64,000 nucleotides of DNA from Candidatus Saccharimonadales bacterium. Its GTDB lineage: Bacteria; Patescibacteriota; Saccharimonadia; Saccharimonadales; UBA4665. A model generated the notes under the pieces. That model searched no databases and had not been told where the DNA came from. It saw only the letters and a list, made by a program, of their open reading frames with translations. The stretch covers positions 5,726-69,725 of the forward strand of contig JAXLZZ010000008.1 in the NCBI GenBank assembly GCA_046350675.1. Direction: 5' to 3'. A program made the translations under genes and the position numbers. This document shows positions 48,501 to 54,785 of the stretch, one piece after another. The first letter of the stretch is position 1, and each line of letters opens with the position of its first letter.

Positions 48501-51375
48501 CGGCCCCACTGCCATAGGTGACACTCAACGTCGGTGTACTGCCTGCTCCACTGTTGCCAGTGGTACTGAGGCCGGTGAGTGTACCGAGAGTGGCCACGTA
48601 GTTACCAGTGGTTTCAGTGCCGAGAACTACCGAGCCGGTGCTCAGATTACCAGATCCATCAGCCCGCACTACGCCGCCACTGTTCAAGCTAGAGAAGGTG
48701 ATGGTTCCGGTTGCAGAGAGGCCGCCAGCCGCAACAGTCAAGCCGGTACCAACATCCAAGCTGCCGGCCACATTGGTATTACCATTGACATCCAGTTTGT
48801 AACTGGCGCCCGGGCTACTGGTAGCCACCCCGATTGAGGTGCCGTTATCGTAGAGCAAGGAATTGCCAAGCTGATTAGCACCAGCGTTAGTAAACTTTGG
48901 AATGTAAAATTGCGTGCCGCCACTGACCGTCACGCCACCACCCGAACCGACACAGTTGCCAAGGTTGAGTAGACAGACCGTATCACTGGCTACGCTGGAC
49001 ACCGGAATAGTTATCGTTTGGTTCTGCCCGGCAGGTGCCAGGGCCTGCAAGGTCGTAAAGTGGCTGTTGCTCGCGTTATAGAAAGTCAGGCTGCCGGCAG
49101 TCGTACTGGCCACGCCCAGACTCAAGCCGGCGCTACCCTGTACGCTGGCCCCACCGCTGGTCACCACATTACCTGAGCCATCCACCGTGAAGCTACCGCC
49201 AGCGATGCTCAGCGTACCGCCTTGCATCGCGGCCGTCGTAGAGATAGCGTTACCGGTTGAGATACTACCGAAGCCCGAAGCGATGCTGCCACTGGTAAGC
49301 GCGCCAGTCGTCGTGATATTGCCTTGCACGGCCGTCGGCAAAGTCTGGCTCAGGCTCGGCACGCTTGAACCGTTGGTGACCAGTACGCTGTTGGCTGCTG
49401 ACGCGGTCACTTGCAGCGCCGAGGTACCATTGCCGTAAAGGATGCCGTTAAGAGTTAAGTTGTTAGCGCCGGTACCACCGTTCGCTACGCTCAACTCACT
49501 GGTAAAGTAACTGGTGCTATTACGATCAACCACGCCACTCGTCAGATTACCGCTCCCATCGCTGTATAGTAGCCCGGCACCATAACTACTGAACTGTACC
49601 GCCCCACCGACCGTTAAATCGTTAGCCACACTCAGGGCATCGCCGACCGTCAGCGTGCCAGCGATCGACGAAGTACCGCTGCCATTCACCGTCAGCGTGC
49701 CGCCGTGAATGATATTGCCCAGCTGATCGACACTCAGCTTGCTGCTCCCATTGACTGCTAAGTTCAGCAGGTTGCCAGTGAAGCCGCTGGCGGCGTTGAC
49801 GATCAGGTTGCCGCCATACGTCAAGCTGGTACCGGACTCCGTCAGATTCGAATCGGTGATATCGCCCGACGCATCGAACTTGGCGATGTGACCGATGGTA
49901 CCGAAACCAGTGATACCACTACCGGCACCGGCACAGTTACCGGTCGTCAGACAGATGCCCACCGACGCAACGCCAGGATCCGGCAGGATGTAGGTCGTGT
50001 TCTGGCCGAGCACCGCCGATTGAATCGTGCCGACGTAGGCATTGCTGCTGTTCGCAAAACTGATTGATCCATTGGATGTGCCTGGTTGGCCCAAGTTAAG
50101 CCCACTAAATGTTGGGGTTGATCCAGTAGCAATATCTTGTGGTAATGACAACGTTAGAGAACCGCTGCTTGCCGAAGCAATGACTTGATTTGCTGTACCA
50201 GTAATACTTACAACACCGGTGTTGTTAATCTGATTACCGGTGTTGCTGAGCCCTGCTCCAAGCGTAAATGCACCGCTATTACCTGCAATTGAACTAACGA
50301 TACTTGGTGCTCCCTGGACCTGGCTCCAGCCAATGGTGCCGGTAGTAATTTGCCCTGTTTGATTTACAACAAAAACATTTGTGCTGTTGTTTGCAAGTTG
50401 AAGCAAATTGCCGGTTCCTGTTTTATTGATGTTGATTGATGAGGTATTGGTAGGATCAACCTGAGCTGAACTCGGACCCAACGCAACCGTACCTCCACCG
50501 CCTGAACCCGCTACGCTCACAGTGTAATTCCCATTGCCGTCATTCCCCACGGTTAGGTCTGCCGAGGTAGATGTAAGCGTGACTACTCCGTTATTCCGGA
50601 TGGTAGTACCACTGATGCCTATGCCGGTGCCTGCCACAAGTCGAACATCACCCGTTAAGCCCTGTAGACTATTCACCCGAGGTGTGTTCAAACTGCCATT
50701 TATGTTTTGTAACAGATTGGCGGAGATGTTCAACTGACCATTCGTCATGCTAAGGGTATTGCCCAACCCGATGATGCCAGCCGCACCACCCAAGCTGGTA
50801 ACCGTCTGTGGAATAGCAGTCGGTGCCATGCTGATAAACTGCGTACCGTTGAAGTAAAACAGCGTGTTCGAAGCTTTGTCGAAGTAAATTTGACCAGCTA
50901 CCGGTGCGGATGGTGCCGAGCCCGGCGAGAGTACGAAGGTGTTTTTAACGATCAGCTGGCCATTTACTGAAAGTTTGTCGGCCTGTCCGAGTTTAAGCGT
51001 ATCATTCGGCTTGACGTCGTTCACCGAAAGTTGCGTGGCAGAATAATTAGTCTTGTTACGCTCTGCCGCTGATTTATCATCTGCCGAGGGATTATTGCCG
51101 AATAGCATAATCCCAAGAATGCCAACGACAAAAATCACAACTAGCGCTGCAGCAGTGATAAGTAAGGCACTTTTGTTGAACTTGAATAGTGAGGGGCCTT
51201 TAGGTGCAAGCTCACTCCGAGGTACCTCAAGGGCGGTTGGAGTCGGGATTACAGAGGGTTCAGAAGATGGCGATACCACAGTAGATGGCGTAGCCTGAAC
51301 AGACTGTGCTGATTTAGGCAGCTCCAATATAGCGTCATAGTCATCATTTTCTAAGCTCTTATAGCTAGGACCCAT
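36592..51375 (-). CDS. giant membrane-anchored fibre/adhesin-like surface protein (4927 aa)
   Basis: A single uninterrupted 14,784-nt ORF with one N-terminal helix (aa 69-92). It is followed by thousands of residues of G/T/S/A/N-rich repeats with recurring modules: ..LQGLNPSGTGNATIQFPTIAGGSTDTVCLYTLGNCAG.., ..LDGQTGVLTL..DDASTSQKGIAQFN.., ..TNLYRSAADTLKTDD.. The + strand shadow ORFs are P/V-rich. Confidence 0.93.
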   Translation of the reverse strand: MGPSYKSLENDDYDAILELPKSAQSVQATPSTVVSPSSEPSVIPTPTALEVPRSELAPKGPSLFKFNKSALLITAAALVVIFVVGILGIMLFGNNPSADDKSAAERNKTNYSATQLSVNDVKPNDTLKLGQADKLSVNGQLIVKNTFVLSPGSAPSAPVAGQIYFDKASNTLFYFNGTQFISMAPTAIPQTVTSLGGAAGIIGLGNTLSMTNGQLNISANLLQNINGSLNTPRVNSLQGLTGDVRLVAGTGIGISGTTIRNNGVVTLTSTSADLTVGNDGNGNYTVSVAGSGGGGTVALGPSSAQVDPTNTSSININKTGTGNLLQLANNSTNVFVVNQTGQITTGTIGWSQVQGAPSIVSSIAGNSGAFTLGAGLSNTGNQINNTGVVSITGTANQVIASASSGSLTLSLPQDIATGSTPTFSGLNLGQPGTSNGSISFANSSNAYVGTIQSAVLGQNTTYILPDPGVASVGICLTTGNCAGAGSGITGFGTIGHIAKFDASGDITDSNLTESGTSLTYGGNLIVNAASGFTGNLLNLAVNGSSKLSVDQLGNIIHGGTLTVNGSGTSSIAGTLTVGDALSVANDLTVGGAVQFSSYGAGLLYSDGSGNLTSGVVDRNSTSYFTSELSVANGGTGANNLTLNGILYGNGTSALQVTASAANSVLVTNGSSVPSLSQTLPTAVQGNITTTGALTSGSIASGFGSISTGNAISTTAAMQGGTLSIAGGSFTVDGSGNVVTSGGASVQGSAGLSLGVASTTAGSLTFYNASNSHFTTLQALAPAGQNQTITIPVSSVASDTVCLLNLGNCVGSGGGVTVSGGTQFYIPKFTNAGANQLGNSLLYDNGTSIGVATSSPGASYKLDVNGNTNVAGSLDVGTGLTVAAGGLSATGTITFSSLNSGGVVRADGSGNLSTGSVVLGTETTGNYVATLGTLTGLSTTGNSGAGSTPTLSVTYGSGAGTAVQGNVTLTCASGTGNLSGGGDVITLGSGGACSDISIINNPTFSGTVTAQGGGGLVLGVGSTVNGAIVFNNDTNANTVTLQSGVANSSFNLTLPTDLGANGDCLITDASGNLSFDSCTGGAGGGVTSLDGQTGVLTLANSSGSAGTITIDDASTSQKGIAQFNSTNFSVSSGTVNTIQGISTAATPTFAGLTLNGALSVTTGGASISGGLTAAGTITFSGLNSAGVVHTNGSGVLSTGAVALGSETTGNYVATLGTLTGLSTTGNSGAGSTPTLSVTYGSGAGTAAQGNTSLSFTGSGNLTGTVSGTAGGGFSSNTLDIVSSPVFTGTLAVQGASVSIGTPGTTTGSLYLANSSSSRQVILQGLNPSGTGNATIQFPTIAGGSTDTVCLYTLGNCAGASGAAGGDLTGTYPNPTIAKLQGTTLTISSISSGDVLQYNGSAIVNGKITNSNLASGTFSNITGTGALSAGSIASGFGNINIGSNTFTGNGSGITNLNGSNISSGTVGDTYLSSNVTLQGNTFNGANQLVQLDGSGYLPALNASALTNLNGTAITTGTVANARLVGSGALTVTAGTGLTGGGSVALGSSTTLNVSYGSTSGTAAQGNTSLSFTGSGNLTGTVSGTAGGGFSSNTLDIVSSPVFTGTLAVQGASVSIGTPGTTTGSLYLANSSSSRQVILQGLNPSGTGNATIQFPTIAGGSTDTVCLYTLGNCAGASGAAGGDLTGTYPNPTIAKLQGTTLTISSISSGDVLQYNGSAIVNGKITNSNLASGTFSNITGTGALSAGSIASGFGTISTGNNITTTATVQGGTVNATTALQLGGADINTAGTLTNVAYLNQANNFSAANTFSAAGTALSVTNDVSIGGTITSGNINGQTISSAANFTGTLAVASTVTGGTYNGQTISSSANFTGTLAVQGASVSIGTPGTTAGSLYLANASSSRQVILQGLNPSGTGNATIRIPSIAGGSTDDVCLVTLGNCAGSGGGITGSGTSGQIAKFTGSGTIADSSLSESGSVVTASGSVVVQGSGSLTLGTASTNTGSIAFKNATNGNTVTLQSGVSGSTFTLTLPTTAGANGDCLQSNGSGVLSFAACTGGAGGGVTSLDGQTGVLTLANSSGSAGTITIDDASTSQKGIAQFNSTNFSVSSGTVNTIQGISTAATPTFAGLTLNGALSVTTGGASISGGLTAAGTITFSGLNSAGVVHTNGSGVLSTGAVALGSETTGNYVATLGTLTGLSTTGNSGAGSTPTLSVTYGSGAGTAAQGNTSLSFTGSGNLTGTVSGTAGGGFSSNTLDIVSSPVFTGTLAVQGASVSIGTPGTTTGSLYLANSSSSRQVILQGLNPSGTGNATIQFPTIAGGSTDTVCLYTLGNCAGASGAAGGDLTGTYPNPTIAKLQGTTLTISSISSGDVLQYNGSAIVNGKITNSNLASGTFSNITGTGALSAGSIASGFGTISTGNNITTTATVQGGTVNATTALQLGGADINTAGTLTNVAYLNQANNFSAANTFSAAGTALSVTNDVSIGGTITSGNINGQTISSAANFTGTLAVASTVTGGTYNGQTISSSANFTGTLAVQGASVSIGTPGTTAGSLYLANASSSRQVILQGLNPSGTGNATIRIPSIAGGSTDDVCLVTLGNCAGSGGGITGSGTSGQIAKFTGSGTIADSSLSESGSVVTASGSVVVQGSGSLTLGTASTNTGSIAFKNATNGNTVTLQSGVSGSTFTLTLPTTAGANGDCLQSNGSGVLSFAACTGGAGGGVTSLDGQTGVLTLANSSGSAGTITIDDASTSQKGIAQFNSTNFSVSSGTVNTIQGISTAATPTFAGLTLNGALSVTTGGASISGGLTAAGTITFSGLNSAGVVHTNGSGVLSTGAIVNADLQAGTFSNITGTGALSAGSIASGFGNINIGSNTFTGNGSGITNLNGSNISSGTVGDTYLSSNVTLQGNTFNGANQLVQLDGSGYLPALNASALTNLNGTAITTGTVANARLVGSGALTVTAGTGLTGGGSVALGSSTTLNVSYGSTSGTAAQGNTSLSFTGSGNLTGTVSGTAGGGFSSNTLDIVSSPVFTGTLAVQGASVSIGTPGTTAGSLYLANSSSSRQVIIQGLNPSGTGNATIRIPTIAGGSTDDVCLVTLGNCAGSGGGITGSGTTGTIAKFTGAGTIGDSLLSESGSVITATGTFNATGAIQLGGANINTAGTLNNVAYLNQANNFSAANTFSAAGTALSVTNNAAIGGYLSVGGYSGGSKFGVQGGPIELTGDSSVVWNAASMYFSDTASGTGRQFVVGSRAGTFSISDETAGAQRLTIDSNGRLSVLATGSSGGLLIGTDTNLYRSAADTLKTDDALVVAGATTLQSTLAVTSTTSLGNTLTVTGPATTSTTVGQKDARILLTNNSFTVNGGGEVVLGAVADTNIGRYASIGTDIQANSAGGGAGNVYIATKSLTSDTSLTRRLVVASTGEVGIGSSVTSGGATLQVSGTAAISSTLAVTGATTLTGQLNANGGIVTNNANINAGSGTITSGLINGQTISSSANFTGTVAVQGAGGLTLGVGASVTGSLNLANSTSSRLVVLQGLNPTGTGNATIQLPSIAGGSSDTVCLLTLANCAGTGGGVLGSGTPGKLAKFTASNTVADSGLSESGTTLTYAGNTVINAANGFTGNLINLQVNGSSKYSVNEAGDSVQAGVLTVNGIGSSTIAGTLTVASGATVTSGGLTVSAGGATITGASTIAGGTVQLNNNSNNNTNINTGTSTGTVSIGNSAAGAISLVSASAITVTAGAASTISTTIGNLTLQGGSNTVSLGTSLNLTANGALAVASGGSSQLTLTSASGTVGTGSAVDISNNGGKTTLQLSSTGSNTGITIGGDTNLYRSAADTLTTDDALMIGGAAGGNSATKFQIQNSGGNALFTADTTSNNKLIANGDLVANAVATGTTGTTSGTGGTNVTTITLSAAGAFANGDIIFVDNTGGSGQDYYTRITAGGGTTTLTISPAVSYGTTAGFTGNATITKYTAQNIGAVTSANDYATQSNRFFQGYFLGGVVVGAGSTTLSDGSLSSTGYLSIQSGGSAALTLTSASGTVSTGSALTVSNAGGKTTLQLSSTGSNTGITIGGDTNLYRSAADTLKTDDSLSVVGSITGQAGITVSGSSNTLSLTSTAISGVNTMTSNNLTVSPASAPGSLTDFVSFTSNTTVGNTNVNANSRLFGIYGNTQNTVAGATLGSGYGVRGIITNSNTGSISNAYGVNGVIQNSSTGTISTAYGLYAQAAINSGGGTITNNYGIYVDPQTAGSSDVGIYIGAADTYSLQLGGTGGTASTGITFGTDTNLYRSTSNTLKTDDALVVAGATTLQSTLAVTSTTSLGNTLTVTGPATTSTTVGQKDARILLTNNSFTVNGGGEVVLGAVADTNIGRYASIGTDIQANSAGGGAGNVYIATKSLTSDTSLTRRLVVASTGEVGIGSSVTSGGATLQVSGTAAISSTLAVTGAVTGSSTISSTGAINTGSYLQSASQNIAYGGGTYNELYTKSGWIQFLANNTGGTHVAYLGSGGLRTAGYIYPGRTDLGGGDQTSWYLGSHNSYGLYSNTGLFLGGSFWLSGQSGAYLYNDGTYIKSSTYLRAGSGIFSDNWIIAAGYVTAVGSLNSGADTNVGQNLIVTGIIQTSLVAGGAGNPVCRNGSNILSNCSSSQNYKHNINQIDEVNLDRILGEISATPIFNYEWNDGAAGVRTGVISEYLPANLTPTNDSNGNPQPDWFSVYGYLWGGEKAIVNKLNGYNTSFSTAQLNSTNISNSGTASFSGGLNASGTSTLQSLNVTSNAAIDGDLSVAGSATTGSLTVTNSASIAALTVTGDADIEGTLTVTTLKVADIEVSGHIITKGGAPVGNILTAAGSGAAVNIDGNDTSGTITITTGATGVSAGDLTKVDFSKVFGKTPKVLLTGQDDNSVNSRIYPKGKTVNDFMLSTGQTLAPNTTYTFDYFIVE
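37225..37488 (-). other. peptidase S74-like intramolecular chaperone (tail-fibre/endosialidase C-terminal) motif region inside the giant protein
   Basis: NCSSSQNYKHNINQIDEVNLDRILGEISATPIFNYEWNDGAAGVRTGVISEYLPANL...SVYGYLWGGEKAIVNKL follows the S..(R/Y)K.NI / LDKIL..PV.F.Y / G.IAQE..P / V.Y..L....I.A.KEL pattern. It starts 298 aa before the C-terminus. Confidence 0.5.
38078..38520 (-). repeat. 443-nt repeat, copy A (identical by eye to 41045-41487)
   Basis: The offset is 2967 nt. Boundaries were set at the first mismatches (38077/41044 and 38521/41488). The shadow-ORF translations are identical. Confidence 0.85.
41045..41487 (-). repeat. 443-nt repeat, copy B
   Basis: See 38078-38520. Confidence 0.85.
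42244..48148 (-). repeat. 5.9-kb mosaic of near-identical modules inside the giant gene
   Basis: Three block matches:
- 42887-44731 = 44861-46705 (offset 1974).
- 44151-45229 = 47070-48148 (offset 2919).
- 42244-42861 = 46519-47136 (offset 4275, at least 2 synonymous differences).
Boundaries were set at the first mismatches. Several shadow ORFs are identical in translation. Confidence 0.85.
51100..51171 (-). other. single predicted transmembrane helix of the giant protein (aa 69-92)
   Basis: SALLITAAALVVIFVVGILGIMLF, preceded by KFNK. Confidence 0.7.
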
Positions 51376-51523
51376 CGTTATTTTTCGCTCTTTTATGTTA
51401 TTTTTTGGATTTTGATGTTCTTATCCGTAATTTTATTTTACCACCCCCGTTTGGCACATACAAGAAAATTGAATAAAAAAGTAGTGCAATTTTGCATATT
51501 TTTTCACCCCTGTTGCTAAGGTG

Positions 51524-52345
51524 TTATCGCAGCAGGAAGAAAATTATTGCACCGGCCAAAACGGCGGTAATAACTGCCATGAGCACCACCGAGCTAAGCG
51601 AACGAAAGATTGCATTTTTGGCAAGTGGATTGCGTCCGATAGAGATAATACTACCGTAAATTGCCCCGTAAATCAGGGTAATTAACACCGTAATAGCAAT
51701 GACCGCTACGACGATACTGATGACGATTCTGGCCGGTGATATCACCTTGCCAGTCAATGACTTTGCGAACCGTTGCAATCCTGTAAGTTCCTCGCCGTTA
51801 CCGGCTGATGTATCCGAGCCTACCCCTATCGTAATTCGCACCATGCCCACGTCAATAGAGCTGGTTTTGCCAGACTTGTCAGTCACCTGTTTGCGCACTA
51901 CACCATCGGTAGAGGAGTTCAGCTCTGTCAGAGCCAAGCCAATGACGTTCGCACCAGGGGTAGATTTCATGCCAATCCCGTCAAACGGCGAGACACTAAT
52001 CAAATCTCCGACCTTTATGGGTCCGTTGAGCGTACTTGCCAACACCGTAGCAGATCCAGTTGTAGCAACCTGTACTTTCCCACCTTGAGAATCAACTGCC
52101 AACAGCGAGTCCTCACTCTTCACGGCCACGCCAAAAAGCTGCGAGCCATTGGCAGTATTTGCTAGTTGCACATAGCCAGATTTACTGGGGTCAAGACTTA
52201 CAAGACTGCTATCTGGGATATCTTGGCTGGTTTTGTATGCTTTTGATATTTCAGCTGCAATCGCGCCGGCTACAGATACGCCTGCGACTAACAGGAATAC
52301 GCTCACCACTGTAAGTACATGCCGATAGCGGCGCAACACCTTCAT
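51524..52345 (-). CDS. membrane protein (N-terminal signal/anchor, extracytoplasmic domain, two C-terminal helices), directly upstream of the giant gene
   Basis: MKVLRRYRHVLTVVSVFLLVAGVSVAGA... and C-terminal IVISIVVAVIAITVLITLIYG / VVLMAVITAVLAGAIIFFLL. Confidence 0.75.
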   Translation of the reverse strand: MKVLRRYRHVLTVVSVFLLVAGVSVAGAIAAEISKAYKTSQDIPDSSLVSLDPSKSGYVQLANTANGSQLFGVAVKSEDSLLAVDSQGGKVQVATTGSATVLASTLNGPIKVGDLISVSPFDGIGMKSTPGANVIGLALTELNSSTDGVVRKQVTDKSGKTSSIDVGMVRITIGVGSDTSAGNGEELTGLQRFAKSLTGKVISPARIVISIVVAVIAITVLITLIYGAIYGSIISIGRNPLAKNAIFRSLSSVVLMAVITAVLAGAIIFFLLR

Positions 52346-52514
52346 ACTGGTTACGATTATACCACCTTGCCTCTCTGTAAACTACGCGAACCGAACCTAT
52401 ACTGCCATTACAAAACCCTAAATTTTGTATTCATGTACGAAATGCAACAAAATAACAGATACAAATGGCAACCAAAATTGCAATTTTAACAACAATACAA
52501 TCAATAAATTATTG

Positions 52515-52540
52515 ATCAAAAATAGGGCTCTCAAGCCCTT
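52515..52540 (-). terminator. intrinsic terminator after 52562-53590
   Basis: Minus strand AGGGCT-tgag-AGCCCT followed by ATTTTTGATC. Confidence 0.5.
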
Positions 52541-52561
52541 CGGGTCACATAGGCGCAAGGC

Positions 52562-53590
52562 CTAAGCTGCTGTCTTTAGCTTCTCACTCGCTTCTTGCTG
52601 CACGGCACCACCTTGAATGAGGGTAAATTCTGGGGGGGCCATATCAACTACTTCGATCTTGTCCGAAGGCTGTGCTCTTACTTCTAGCATACGTTGCGCC
52701 TGAAGCCGTACAGACTCTTTGTACTCCTTGGACATATTGGCTCCGGGCATTATGTGCCCGCTAGCCACTTCTTCAAGTGCAAATCGCACAAGAGTAGCCT
52801 CATAGCCGCGAAGGTCAAAGACGGTCTTGCCTTCTTGAAGATTGCGATTCATCTGCGCAAAATCAGTTTGCAAAGTTCGACCCTCTTGAGCCTCAATACT
52901 CTTAAGCATCTCTACTGCTCTCTCGGCAGCTATGGTTTCTTCAGCATTATATAGGCGCATATATTGGTTGTTGGGAATTTCCTGACCAGTTGCCCTGTCT
53001 ATCCACTTTGGATCCGGTTGAGCAGGTGCCCATTTTTCACCATGAACAACTGCTTCGATGCGAAGCTTTGAGGCAAGGCGACGCTCACCTTCTGCTTCAG
53101 AATCTCTATTCAGTTTCTCTAGAATTGATGCGACTCGATAAGGCAGCTCTGCCTTCTCTTTGAGTGGGCTATTGACCTCGTTCAACATACGTATTGCCGG
53201 GATTTGCGGCGCATTGCGATCTGTCGATCTCGCAACTGCATGCAAAGCCTCGAGGGCTGCCTTACCTGGCGTTCCCTCGAATACTGGAGTATCTTCATTC
53301 TGTAACTGCTCTTGAATCTCATGTATGCCACTACCATGCTCATCTGGGTGCTCCATAACCTCCATCAAAGCGGGCGTATCAGGAGTGACCACTTCGGGAT
53401 GCTGCTGTACCCAGCCAAGCACTCTTCCCATTTCAAGTTTTGCTTCACGATCTCCCAACTCAACTGCCAGCATTGGCTCTGGGACATTTTCTGATTGTAG
53501 TTCAACCGTGAGGTTCATGAGTTTCCTGTTTAGGTGTTTGTTTTGTAAAGATCTACCTTCCACTATAACGCTACTGCTATATGGAATCAA
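52562..53590 (-). CDS. hypothetical protein (342 aa, acidic, helical-looking)
   Basis: ORF only; the start is uncertain (an internal MNLTVELQ.. start is possible). Confidence 0.65.
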   Translation of the reverse strand: MIPYSSSVIVEGRSLQNKHLNRKLMNLTVELQSENVPEPMLAVELGDREAKLEMGRVLGWVQQHPEVVTPDTPALMEVMEHPDEHGSGIHEIQEQLQNEDTPVFEGTPGKAALEALHAVARSTDRNAPQIPAIRMLNEVNSPLKEKAELPYRVASILEKLNRDSEAEGERRLASKLRIEAVVHGEKWAPAQPDPKWIDRATGQEIPNNQYMRLYNAEETIAAERAVEMLKSIEAQEGRTLQTDFAQMNRNLQEGKTVFDLRGYEATLVRFALEEVASGHIMPGANMSKEYKESVRLQAQRMLEVRAQPSDKIEVVDMAPPEFTLIQGGAVQQEASEKLKTAA

Positions 53591-53727
53591 CAGCTAAGTG
53601 AAACTTTTTACAGAACTTTTTACCTTTTTGCTATTTGTTAAGATTTTTGATGTTTTTATTCTTGAACATCATTTGCATATTACCATAAGCATCTTAAAAT
53701 GTCAATGTGATAAAGCCCACAGGAACA

Positions 53728-54339
53728 CTACTGAGGTTTGTTGAACGATAGCACAGATGAGTTCGTGCTGTCGGTGTATTGAGTGTGCAAAGTTACAAGA
53801 TTCCGCTTGGCGCGTGTGCGAGCAATATCGCCCGCAAATGCCCGGCCCCCTGCATATATAACCAAGCCACCGATTGCACCAACTGCAAACGGATTAGCGC
53901 CTTGCTGCTCAACATTCTCGCTGTAGTTTGCTGCAAAAGCACTCAAGCCAAGTGTACAGGCAATAGTAGCAGCCCATCGCATTGGGCGAGACAGTTTAAG
54001 TTGTGTCTTGCGTATTGTACTGGCGAAATCAGCTCGAGCAGTATATTCCGGCATTTGAGCAGCATTTGCCTGGGCTTCTTTAAGGCTCTCACGGAGGGTA
54101 TTCCTGCGCTCTATAGAGGTTACCTGTTCTTGGGCTTGTTCATACCGACGCTCTCGTCGCTTGATCTCCTGAGGTGAAAAACAATAGCCATTACGAACTG
54201 CAGCCTGCACAGCATCTTCACGAGCTGCATCTAGTACTTGTGGATCGTGAGCCGCAATGACAGCTAAGGGCAAATGCTTCTCATCTGCTACATCTGTTTC
54301 AAGGATTAGTTGCTGCAACGATAGTTGCTCTGTATGCAT
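53728..54339 (-). CDS. hypothetical membrane protein (203 aa)
   Basis: C-terminal hydrophobic segments WAATIACTLGLSAFAA and FAVGAIGGLVIYAGG. Confidence 0.65.
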   Translation of the reverse strand: MHTEQLSLQQLILETDVADEKHLPLAVIAAHDPQVLDAAREDAVQAAVRNGYCFSPQEIKRRERRYEQAQEQVTSIERRNTLRESLKEAQANAAQMPEYTARADFASTIRKTQLKLSRPMRWAATIACTLGLSAFAANYSENVEQQGANPFAVGAIGGLVIYAGGRAFAGDIARTRAKRNLVTLHTQYTDSTNSSVLSFNKPQ

Positions 54340-54380
54340 GAACTTATTATTGCAGTGCCAGGATGGTATGCAAGCATGAG

Positions 54381-54411
54381 CAAAATAAAAAACATCTCGC
54401 GGTGAGATGTT
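54381..54411 (-). terminator. intrinsic terminator after tRNA-Ile
   Basis: Minus strand AACATCTC-accgc-GAGATGTT followed by TTTTATTTTG. Confidence 0.7.
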
Positions 54412-54418
54412 TATATTT

Positions 54419-54495
54419 TGGTGGGCGATGAGGGATTCGAACCTCCGACCTCGTCATTATCAGTGACGCGCTCTAACCAACTGAGCTAATCGCCC
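54419..54495 (-). tRNA. tRNA-Ile (anticodon GAU), CCA encoded
   Basis: The reverse complement is gggcgattagctcagttggttagagcgcgtcaCTGATAAtgacgaggtcggaggttcgaatccctcatcgcccacca. It forms a cloverleaf with an acceptor of 7 bp. My fold leaves one A-C mismatch in the T stem. Confidence 0.9.
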
Positions 54496-54651
54496 TGGCT
54501 TTTGTTTTACAAAAGCAATTATCAGATAGCAATTTTCATTTTTCAAGTATGGCCAGCTGGTGCTGATACTATTATTTCAAAAGCCAGCGGCTTTTGTCCT
54601 ACATTGGTAAATGAGAATTGTAAATTGTTAATTGCTTTACGTAGTAAAGCT

Positions 54652-54728
54652 TGGTGGAGACACGGGGACTCGAACCCCGGACCCCCTGCTTGCAAAGCAG
54701 GTGCTCTAGCCAACTGAGCTATGTCCCC
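54652..54728 (-). tRNA. tRNA-Ala (anticodon UGC), CCA encoded
   Basis: The reverse complement is ggggacatagctcagttggctagagcacctgcTTTGCAAgcagggggtccggggttcgagtccccgtgtctccacca. The G3-U70 identity pair is present. Confidence 0.93.
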
Positions 54729-54748
54729 ATTTTTTAAACTACCGAAGT

Positions 54749-54777
54749 ATTTTACCTGAATTACCTCTATTAAACAA
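54749..54777 (-). promoter_or_regulatory. candidate promoter for the tRNA-Ala/tRNA-Ile unit
   Basis: Minus strand TTGTTT-17 nt-TAAAAT, about 20 nt upstream of the tRNA-Ala 5' end. Confidence 0.35.
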
Positions 54778-54785
54778 GAGCTACC

